From an uncultured Acidimicrobiia bacterium (GTDB taxonomy: Bacteria > Acidobacteriota > Vicinamibacteria > Vicinamibacterales > SCN-69-37): DNA of 64,000 bases. Below, in pieces: positions 57,100-64,000 of the stretch (the first letter of the stretch is position 1; each line of letters begins with the position of its first letter). The DNA lies in the NCBI GenBank assembly GCA_966252305.1, contig CBINOO010000005.1, positions 6,889 through 70,888 of the forward strand, in the 5' to 3' direction. Position numbers and translations under genes: made by a program. The notes under the pieces are model-generated. The model did no database searches. It saw only the letters and a list, made by a program, of their open reading frames with translations, and was not told where the DNA came from.

Positions 57100-58926
57100 A
57101 TGTTAAAGTGGAGTGATCGTTTCAGAGGTACTGAACTGCCATACGACGACTCCGCCGGGTACACCGCGCCGCCCGCCTTCGGCTCCTACCGCGTCCTGCA
57201 CCAGATTGGCAGCGGCGTTCTGGGACCTGTTTTTCGAGCTTTCGAGTCGTCCGAGCAATCCCTCCTGGCAATCAAGGCCTTCCGCCTCTCAATTGTTCCT
57301 GAAGATGCGGCCCGTCTCGCCGACGCGCTGCGGCGCCTGGCCGCGGTGAGCGTGCGCTCGCCGCACGTCATCGCGCTGCGAAGCGCCGGCCTCGAGGGCG
57401 CAACGCCGTATCTGGCGATGGAGTTTGTGGCGGCCGACACGCTCGACGCCCTCATGCGCCGGGGGACGATGTCCTTCGAGACGACCCGCGCGCTGCTGGC
57501 GCAGCTGGCCGATGCCCTGGACGCCGGCGTGGCCAATGGTCTCGTGCACGGCGCGTTACACCCGCGTGACGTGTTTGTGGATGGCGAAGGCATCGTGCGA
57601 CTGTCAGGTCTTGGCGTCGCCGAGGCCCTCGCGACGACTGGCGCGCGTGTGCCGCCGAGGCGTCCGTACGCCGCGCCGGAACGTATCGCCGGTGGCAGCT
57701 GGGATCAGCGCGCGGACGTGTACAGCCTCGGGGTGATCGCGCACGAGCTGCTCACCGGACGACGCCCATCGGGGGGCGGGGAGCAGGATGGCGCGCTGCC
57801 GTCGGATACGTCGCCGGAACAACGCGTCGTGATTCGCCGCGCGCTTGCCGCCGCGCTCGCGGAGGACCCCGAGACCCGGTACAGTTCCGCCGGCGCATTC
57901 ATCGCGGCCCTCGACACCGGTGTCGTCCCGCACGCTCCCGCCAAACCCGTCATCGTCGCGCTCCCGCTCGATGCGCCCGCGCCCGCGCCCGACCCGCCGG
58001 CCCCGATGGACCCGATGGACCCGATGGACCTGAAGGACCCGACGGACCTGATGGACCCGACGGACCCGACGGACCTGCAGGACCCGATGGACTTGAAGGA
58101 CCCGACGGACCCGTTGGACCTGATGGACCCGTTGGACCCGCCGGACCCATTGGACCGGATCTCTCCCTCTGCCGTGTGGGGAGCGCCGGTCGCTCCGGCG
58201 ATTCCGTCACGCGTGGACTCGCCGCGCAACACGTGGGCGATGCTGGTGGTCGGCGTGATCATCGGGGTGGGGATTGGCCAGTGGTGGCGAGGCCCGGCGT
58301 CCGAGAGTGTGACGCCGATGACGACACGTGCTGAAGACATGGGGGCGGCCCAAGACATGCCCGGCACCGACGTGACCGTTGACGACGCGCCGGCGCATGC
58401 GCCTGCCGAGCCAACGCCGCCTGTCACGCCTGCGCCGCAGGCGACATCAGCCGAACGCGAGGCCACGCCGGACCGTGGACGACTGCTTGTGCGTTCGGTG
58501 CCGTCGGGCGCGCAGGTGCTGGTGGCAGGGCGCCCTCGTGGCACGACGCCGGCCGCCGTGCGCGATCTGCCGTTTGGCACCTACACGGTGACCGTACAGC
58601 GCGACGGTTACGCGTCGCGCTCTCAGCGAGTGACCCTGACGCGGGGCGTGCCGGCCCGCGAACTGACGCTTGAGATGGCCGCCGCGTCCTCCGCGAGGCC
58701 CGCGATCGCGCGTACAGGCAGCGTGAACATCGAGACGCGTCCGGCAGGCGCGCGTGTGTTTGTGGATGGTCGGGAGATGGGCACGGCGCCGATTCGTGTG
58801 CCGGAATTGACGCCCGGCTCGCATACGATCCGACTGGAGTTGGCAGGGTACCGGACGCTCACGACCACCGTCGTCGTGCGCGCCGGACAGGTGAACGTGG
58901 TGAAGGTATCGCTGGAGCGGATGTAA
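57100..58926 (+). CDS. Membrane-anchored Hanks-type pseudokinase with D-P/L-x repeat linker and two extracytoplasmic PEGA domains
   Basis: The kinase fold is recognisable ([35 protein letters not shown]). The catalytic loop reads HGALHPRD (not HRDLKPxN) and DFG reads GLG. A TM helix is present ([18 protein letters not shown]). Two PEGA-like modules follow ([23 protein letters not shown]; [23 protein letters not shown]). Start at ATG 57100; the upstream ORF extension is antisense to bshC. Confidence 0.8.
   Translation: MLKWSDRFRGTELPYDDSAGYTAPPAFGSYRVLHQIGSGVLGPVFRAFESSEQSLLAIKAFRLSIVPEDAARLADALRRLAAVSVRSPHVIALRSAGLEGATPYLAMEFVAADTLDALMRRGTMSFETTRALLAQLADALDAGVANGLVHGALHPRDVFVDGEGIVRLSGLGVAEALATTGARVPPRRPYAAPERIAGGSWDQRADVYSLGVIAHELLTGRRPSGGGEQDGALPSDTSPEQRVVIRRALAAALAEDPETRYSSAGAFIAALDTGVVPHAPAKPVIVALPLDAPAPAPDPPAPMDPMDPMDLKDPTDLMDPTDPTDLQDPMDLKDPTDPLDLMDPLDPPDPLDRISPSAVWGAPVAPAIPSRVDSPRNTWAMLVVGVIIGVGIGQWWRGPASESVTPMTTRAEDMGAAQDMPGTDVTVDDAPAHAPAEPTPPVTPAPQATSAEREATPDRGRLLVRSVPSGAQVLVAGRPRGTTPAAVRDLPFGTYTVTVQRDGYASRSQRVTLTRGVPARELTLEMAAASSARPAIARTGSVNIETRPAGARVFVDGREMGTAPIRVPELTPGSHTIRLELAGYRTLTTTVVVRAGQVNVVKVSLERM
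57991..58158. repeat. 9-nt-periodic tandem repeat (GAC-CYG-NNG)n, about 17 units, inside the pseudokinase gene
   Basis: Read directly: ...GACCCGATGGACCCGATGGACCTGAAGGACCCGACGGACCTGATG... It encodes [49 protein letters not shown]. Confidence 0.9.
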
Positions 58927-58934
58927 GGGAGACG

Positions 58935-60074
58935 ATGGACGCAATACTCGCGCTGGAAAATGGCCGCTGCTTTCGTGGCCGATCGGTAGGAGCTCCGCGG
59001 GACACCGCGGGAGAAGTCGTGTTCAACACGAGCCTCACGGGGTATCAGGAAGTGTTGACGGACCCGTCGTATGCAGGCCAGATCGTGACCATGACGTGTC
59101 CCGAGATCGGCAACTACGGCGTGAGTGCCGACGACGGAGAGTCACGCACGCCGCAGGTGGCGGGTTTCGTGATTCGCAGCGAGTCGCCGATTGCCAGCAA
59201 CTGGCGCGCGGAAGGCACGCTGCGCGACTACCTCACCACCCACGGCATCGTGGCCATCGCCGACATCGATACGCGCGCGCTGACCAAGACCTTGCGGTCG
59301 GCCGGCGCGATGCGCGGCGTGATCGTGACAGGCAGTGACCTGCCGTCGACTGAAGAACTGGTGGCGCGGGCCAAGGCCATTCCCTCGATGGAAGGCTCCG
59401 ACCTGGTCAAGGATGTGACCTGCAAGGAGACGTTCGCGTGGACCGGCGGCCACGACGGTACCGGCTTCGAGGAGTTCGTCGGCCCCATCGAACGCCGGGA
59501 GCGCCGGTTCAAGGTTGCCGCGTACGACTTCGGCATGAAGTGGAACATCCTGCGCCGGTTGGCCGCCCACGGCTGCGACGTCACGGTGTATCCCGCAACG
59601 ACGCCGGCGAGTGAGCTGCTCAAGAGCGCGCCGGACGGCGTGTTCCTCTCGAATGGTCCGGGCGATCCGGCCGTGCTCGACTACGCGATCAACAACACGA
59701 AGGAACTGGTGAATGCCGGACTGCCGGTGTTCGGCATCTGCCTCGGTCACCAGATTGTCGGCCTTGCGCTGGGCGCGAAGACCTACAAGCTGAAGTTCGG
59801 CCACCGCGGCGGGAACCATCCGGTCAAGGATCTGGCCTCAGGCAAGATTGAGATCACCTCGCAGAATCACGGGTTCGCGATCGATCCGGACTCGGTGCCG
59901 CACGATGTGCAGGTGACACACCTGAACCTGTATGACGGCACGGTGGAAGGACTCAAACACGTGTCCAAGCCCGTGTTCTGCGTGCAGTATCACCCTGAAG
60001 CGGCGCCGGGCCCGCACGATGCGGATTACCTGTTTGCCCAGTTTGTCGATGCCATGGATCAGAAGGCGAAGTAG
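58935..60074 (+). CDS. carA: Carbamoyl-phosphate synthase small (glutaminase) subunit
   Basis: [23 protein letters not shown]-domain and GATase triad context GICLGHQ...HGFA. 379 aa. Confidence 0.93.
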   Translation: MDAILALENGRCFRGRSVGAPRDTAGEVVFNTSLTGYQEVLTDPSYAGQIVTMTCPEIGNYGVSADDGESRTPQVAGFVIRSESPIASNWRAEGTLRDYLTTHGIVAIADIDTRALTKTLRSAGAMRGVIVTGSDLPSTEELVARAKAIPSMEGSDLVKDVTCKETFAWTGGHDGTGFEEFVGPIERRERRFKVAAYDFGMKWNILRRLAAHGCDVTVYPATTPASELLKSAPDGVFLSNGPGDPAVLDYAINNTKELVNAGLPVFGICLGHQIVGLALGAKTYKLKFGHRGGNHPVKDLASGKIEITSQNHGFAIDPDSVPHDVQVTHLNLYDGTVEGLKHVSKPVFCVQYHPEAAPGPHDADYLFAQFVDAMDQKAK

Positions 60075-60080
60075 TCAGTC

Positions 60081-63000
60081 ATGCCCAGGCGTACGGATAT
60101 CAAGCGTGTTCTCGTCATCGGCTCCGGGCCGATCGTCATCGGTCAGGCCTGCGAGTTCGATTACTCCGGCACACAAGCCATCAAGGCGCTCAAGGCTGAA
60201 GGCCTCGAGGTCATTCTCGTCAACAGCAATCCCGCGACGATCATGACCGATCCGGAGCTGGCCGATCGCACCTACGTCGAGCCGCTCACGGTCGCCGCGG
60301 TCGAGCAGGTCATCATCAAGGAGAAGCCTGATGCCATCCTGCCGACCGTCGGCGGGCAGACGGCGCTCAACCTCGCGGTGGACCTCGACGAAGCCGGCGT
60401 GCTGCAGAAGTACGGCGTGGCCCTGATCGGCGCGTCAGTCCCGGCCATCAAGGTGGCTGAGGACCGCCTCAAGTTCAAGGAGGCGATGCGGTCCATCAAC
60501 GTCGACGTGCCCGTCAGTTATTACGCGCGCTCGATGGAACAGGCGCTGGAGGCCGCGGAAAAAATCGGTTTCCCGATCATCATTCGTCCCTCGTTCACGC
60601 TGGGCGGGGTTGGTGGCGGCATCGCGTACAACGTCGAGGAGTTCAAGGAAATCTGCGGCCGCGGCCTCTCGATGAGCCCGGTGCACGAGATCCTCGTCGA
60701 GCAGTCCGTCATTGGCTGGAAGGAATTCGAGCTCGAAGTGATGCGCGACTGCGAAGACAACTTCGTGGTCATCTGCTCGATCGAGAACATCGACCCGATG
60801 GGCGTGCACACCGGCGACAGCATCACGGTCGCGCCGGCGTTGACACTGACCGATCGGGAATATCAGCGCATGCGTGACGCCGCGCGTCGCATCATCGGGC
60901 GCATCGGGGTCGAGACCGGCGGGTCGAACATCCAGTTCGCCATCAACCCCGAGGATGGCCACATGGTGGCCATCGAGATGAACCCGCGGGTCTCGCGGTC
61001 ATCGGCGCTGGCGTCCAAGGCGACCGGCTTCCCGATTGCGAAGATCGCGGCGAAGCTGGCGCTGGGGTATCGGCTCGATGAAATCAAGAACGACATCACG
61101 CGACTGACGCCGGCGTCCTTCGAGCCGACCATCGACTACGTCGTCGTCAAGGTGCCGCGCTGGGCGTTCGAGAAGTTCCCGACCGCCGATCGCACGCTCA
61201 CCACGCAGATGAAGTCGGTGGGCGAGGCCATGGCGATCGGCCGAACGTTCAAGGAGGCCTTCCTCAAGGCGTTCCGCTCGCTTGAGCTTGGGCGTTCCGG
61301 TCGGTTGTTCGGCCAGACGGCACCAGGCCAGCCGTTTGAACACGAAGACGACGCGGCGCTGCAGCGGGAGCTCGGTATTCCCACCGATCGCCGCATGTGG
61401 GCGGTCTTCCGCGCGCTCGAACGTGGATGGAGTCTCGACGAGATTCACCGCCTCACCCGGATGGATCGATGGTTCCTCACGCAGTTCCAGCAGATGATGG
61501 ACCTCGCCCGCGAGGTCCAGGCGGTCGGCACGCGTGACTTGTCGGCGGATCTGCTGCGCGCGGTCAAACGCGCCGGGTTCTCCGATGCCGACCTCGCGTT
61601 GCTGCTGGGCATTGACGAAGACAGCGTGCGCGCCCGTCGGCAGGAACACGAGCTGGTGGCCGCGTACAAACGCATCGACACCTGTGCGGCCGAGTTCGAA
61701 TCGTTCACCCCGTACATGTACGGCACGTTCGAGGACGAGTGTGAGGCCGAGCCCAGTGCGCGTGCCAAGGTGGTGATTCTCGGATCCGGTCCGAATCGTA
61801 TCGGGCAGGGCATCGAGTTCGACTACTGCTGCTGTCACGCGGCCTTTGCCTTGCGCGATCAGGGATACGAGACCGTCATGGTCAACTGCAATCCCGAGAC
61901 CGTGTCGACGGACTACGACTCGGTGGACCGCCTGTACTTCGAGCCGCTGACGTTTGAAGACGTCTCGGCCATCGTGGCGCGTGAGCGGCAGGGCGGCGGC
62001 GAGGTGTCGTGTGTCGTGCAGTACGGCGGTCAGACGCCTCTGAAGCTGGCGTTGCGGCTGCAGAAGGCAGGGATTCGGATTCTCGGCACATCGCCCGACT
62101 CCATTGACCTGGCCGAAGACCGCGAGCGCTTCTCGAAGCTGCTGTGGGAACTCGGGATTCCGCAGGCCGCCAGCGGCATGGCGCACTCGCCGGAAGAGGC
62201 GCGTGAGGTCGCGGCGGGAATCGGGTACCCGGTTGTCGTCCGCCCGTCCTACGTGCTGGGTGGCCGCGCCATGGCCATCGTGTACGACGCCGGATCCCTT
62301 GACCGCTACATGCGTCAGGCGGTGCAGCTGTCGCCGGAGCATCCCATCCTCATCGACAAGTTCCTTGAAGACGCCTTCGAGGTGGACGTCGATGCGGTGG
62401 CTGACGCGACGGGCGCCGTCATCATCGGCGGCATCATGGAGCATATCGAGCAGGCGGGCATTCACTCGGGCGACAGCTCGTGCGTGGTTCCGCCCTACCT
62501 CCTGTCCGACAAACACGTGGCCACGATTCGCGACTACACGCGCCGTGTCGCGCGCGCGCTGAAGGTCGTCGGCCTGATGAATGCGCAGTTCGCGATCAAG
62601 GACGATGTCGTGTACGTGCTCGAGGTCAATCCGCGCGCATCGCGTACCGTGCCGTACCTCTCCAAGGCCACCGGTGTGCCACTGGCCAAGGTGGCGGCCA
62701 ACGTCATGATCGGCCGCTCGCTGGCCGACCAGGGGCTCACCGAAGACCTCACGGTGTCCGGTTACTTCGTCAAGACGCCGGTGTTCCCGTTCGTGCGTTT
62801 CCCTGGCGTCGACACGCTGCTTGGCCCCGAGATGAAGTCCACGGGCGAAGTCATGGGTGGCGCCGAGACGTTCGGGTCGGCGTTTGCCAAGGCGCAGATG
62901 GGCGCCGGCCAGCATCTGCCGCTGGAAGGCACGGCGTTCATCAGCGTCAACAACAGCGACAAACCCAACGTGGTACCCATTGCCCGCGGTCTGGTTGATC

Positions 63001-63335
63001 TCGGGTTCCGCATCGTTGCGACCCGCGGTACGGCCGTCTACCTCCGGGCTCACGGCGTTGAAGCCGACATCGTCTACAAGATCAACGAAGGTCGGCCGCA
63101 CGTCGGCGACGAGATCGTCAACAAGGCCATCAACCTCGTGATCAACACGCCGCTGGGCCGTGAGTCGTTCTTCGACGATCGCGCCGTGCGGCGAGCCGCG
63201 ATGTTGCAGGGCATTCCGGCCATCACCACGCTGACCGGCGCGGCGGCGGCCGTCAGTGCCATCGGCGCCCTCCGCAAGGAAGGCCTGAGCGTGAAGAGCC
63301 TGCAGGAATATCATCAGGAAGATGCGCATCGATGA
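60081..63335 (+). CDS. carB: Carbamoyl-phosphate synthase large subunit
   Basis: Duplicated ATP-grasp halves ([24 protein letters not shown] and [21 protein letters not shown]) and a C-terminal MGS-like domain. 1084 aa. Confidence 0.95.
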   Translation: MPRRTDIKRVLVIGSGPIVIGQACEFDYSGTQAIKALKAEGLEVILVNSNPATIMTDPELADRTYVEPLTVAAVEQVIIKEKPDAILPTVGGQTALNLAVDLDEAGVLQKYGVALIGASVPAIKVAEDRLKFKEAMRSINVDVPVSYYARSMEQALEAAEKIGFPIIIRPSFTLGGVGGGIAYNVEEFKEICGRGLSMSPVHEILVEQSVIGWKEFELEVMRDCEDNFVVICSIENIDPMGVHTGDSITVAPALTLTDREYQRMRDAARRIIGRIGVETGGSNIQFAINPEDGHMVAIEMNPRVSRSSALASKATGFPIAKIAAKLALGYRLDEIKNDITRLTPASFEPTIDYVVVKVPRWAFEKFPTADRTLTTQMKSVGEAMAIGRTFKEAFLKAFRSLELGRSGRLFGQTAPGQPFEHEDDAALQRELGIPTDRRMWAVFRALERGWSLDEIHRLTRMDRWFLTQFQQMMDLAREVQAVGTRDLSADLLRAVKRAGFSDADLALLLGIDEDSVRARRQEHELVAAYKRIDTCAAEFESFTPYMYGTFEDECEAEPSARAKVVILGSGPNRIGQGIEFDYCCCHAAFALRDQGYETVMVNCNPETVSTDYDSVDRLYFEPLTFEDVSAIVARERQGGGEVSCVVQYGGQTPLKLALRLQKAGIRILGTSPDSIDLAEDRERFSKLLWELGIPQAASGMAHSPEEAREVAAGIGYPVVVRPSYVLGGRAMAIVYDAGSLDRYMRQAVQLSPEHPILIDKFLEDAFEVDVDAVADATGAVIIGGIMEHIEQAGIHSGDSSCVVPPYLLSDKHVATIRDYTRRVARALKVVGLMNAQFAIKDDVVYVLEVNPRASRTVPYLSKATGVPLAKVAANVMIGRSLADQGLTEDLTVSGYFVKTPVFPFVRFPGVDTLLGPEMKSTGEVMGGAETFGSAFAKAQMGAGQHLPLEGTAFISVNNSDKPNVVPIARGLVDLGFRIVATRGTAVYLRAHGVEADIVYKINEGRPHVGDEIVNKAINLVINTPLGRESFFDDRAVRRAAMLQGIPAITTLTGAAAAVSAIGALRKEGLSVKSLQEYHQEDAHR

Positions 63336-63720
63336 TTTGCCGGTGGTCGAACGATTCGTTCGCGCGTCGGGGCCCGGTGGACAGAACGTCAACAAGGTCG
63401 CGACAGCGGTCGAACTGCGGCTTGACGTCGATCGGGCACCGTTGCCCGACGGCGTCAAGCTGCGGCTGAAGGTGCTGGCCGGGCGGCGCCTGACGACCGA
63501 CGGCGAGCTGGTCATCGACAGTCGCGAGTACCGCACCCAGGCAGAAAATCGCGAAGCGGCCAGGGCGCGGTTGATGGCGCTGATTGCGTCCGCGTCGGTG
63601 GTGCCCAAGACCCGGCGCAAGACGCGTCCGACCAAGGCGGCCAAGACGGCGCGCGTCGACCAGAAAGTGCGGCGCAGCCACGTGAAGGCCGGCCGAGGGC
63701 GAGTGCGGGACGCCGAATGA
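63322..63720 (+). CDS. arfB: Alternative ribosome-rescue factor ArfB (peptidyl-tRNA hydrolase, YaeJ family)
   Basis: GGQ motif [11 protein letters not shown] and a basic C-terminal tail ([30 protein letters not shown]). 132 aa. Confidence 0.85.
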   Translation: MRIDDLPVVERFVRASGPGGQNVNKVATAVELRLDVDRAPLPDGVKLRLKVLAGRRLTTDGELVIDSREYRTQAENREAARARLMALIASASVVPKTRRKTRPTKAAKTARVDQKVRRSHVKAGRGRVRDAE

Positions 63721-64000
63721 TTCTCCGCGTCATCGTCGCCGCCATTGTCATTGCCATGTCACAGCAAAGTCGCTCTGTGTCGTACAACGAGGTGCTGGCG
63801 TTGCCCGCATCGCCCGCTGATCACCGGATTGCGTATGGCAGCGATCCCCTGCAGTTCGGAGAGCTGCGATTGCCGAAAGGGCAGGGCCCGCACCCAGTCG
63901 TCGTGCTGGTGCACGGCGGGTGCTGGCAGTCGGCCTATGACATCGCCCATTCGCGGCCGATGGCGGCGGCGCTCGCTGACGCCGGCTTTGCGGTCTGGTC
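63717..64000 (+). CDS. Alpha/beta-hydrolase (esterase/lipase-like) protein, 3' end outside the window
   Basis: ATGA overlap with arfB. Translation read by hand: [15 protein letters not shown]... (signal/anchor) followed by PHPVVVLVHGGCW, an HGG oxyanion-hole motif. The frame is open to the window end. Confidence 0.55.
   Translation, partial: MILRVIVAAIVIAMSQQSRSVSYNEVLALPASPADHRIAYGSDPLQFGELRLPKGQGPHPVVVLVHGGCWQSAYDIAHSRPMAAALADAGFAVW

Noticed and set aside
57991-58158. Possible CRISPR-like or other spaced repeat array
   Set aside because: The period is 9 nt with no unique spacers, it is in frame within a CDS, and no cas genes are present. It is a coding triplet-codon tandem repeat.
57950-58210. 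Minus-strand ORF reading as a collagen-like GPSGPSGPS repeat
   Set aside because: It is the reverse complement of the D-P/L-x repeat in the pseudokinase gene. The plus-strand frame is continuous with a kinase domain upstream and TM/PEGA domains downstream. The minus ORF is only 86 aa and has no signal peptide or flanking domains.
60999-63644. 881-aa minus-strand ORF
   Set aside because: It is entirely antisense to carB, whose identity is unambiguous. The composition is the typical high-GC antisense artefact (Arg/Gly/His/Asp rich, no motifs).
1-64000. Search for tRNA/rRNA genes, IS elements, integrases, prophage or defence genes
   Set aside because: All non-coding gaps are 231 bp or shorter, and none shows a cloverleaf-like pattern by eye. 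No transposase, integrase, nuclease or helicase-type ORFs were seen among the credible CDS. No flanking direct or inverted repeats suggest an island. A tRNAscan/Infernal run would be needed to be definitive.

Overview
High-GC bacterial chromosomal segment, densely packed with about 60 CDS. The largest non-coding gap is about 231 bp. I found no rRNA, tRNA, CRISPR array, transposase, integrase or phage gene. Content is overwhelmingly core housekeeping for a diderm. Left to right: a Clp ATPase (5' cut by the window edge), bamA, a small lipoprotein and skp. Next comes a gapless 10.6 kb block joining lipid A genes (fused fabZ-lpxA, lpxI, a Gfo/Idh/MocA oxidoreductase) to futalosine-route menaquinone genes (mqnA, an MqnC/E radical-SAM enzyme, an amidohydrolase, UbiA-, UbiX- and UbiE-type enzymes). 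Then follow a TonB-like protein, miaA, deoB, dgt, yceD-rpmF-plsX-fabG-acpP-fabF, etfBA, pntAB, a membrane Fe-S/CCG oxidoreductase, DUF374, an HDAC-like protein and leuS-lptE-holA. After those come rpsT, an S4-domain protein, a TlpA-like protein, MarC, a pilin-like protein, alaS-recX-ilvE, a Ser/Thr kinase, rsmE and prmA-dnaJ-grpE-hrcA with a CIRCE operator. The window ends with PBP1A, a ROK regulator, an ArgH-like lyase, bshC, a PEGA-domain pseudokinase, carAB, arfB and a partial hydrolase. The gene set (BshC, LpxI, futalosine pathway, PEGA kinases, high GC) suggests an Acidobacteriota-like organism, but that is inference only. I did not find a convincing self-contained novel system such as a defence island, mobile element or secondary-metabolite cluster. 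The most unusual items are: (1) a radical-SAM MqnC/E paralog that has lost its Fe-S cysteine motif; (2) the FabZ-LpxA fusion and the lipid A/menaquinone super-operon with an embedded MFS transporter; (3) a predicted pseudokinase carrying a 9-nt-periodic D-P/L-x repeat; (4) divergent gene pairs whose start codons are 17-24 bp apart with face-to-face -10-like boxes, implying leaderless mRNAs; (5) 8-nt tandem repeats inside leuS and at the miaA/deoB junction; (6) plsX with no ATG/GTG/TTG start. All functional calls come from reading the supplied translations for family motifs. No database search was run.
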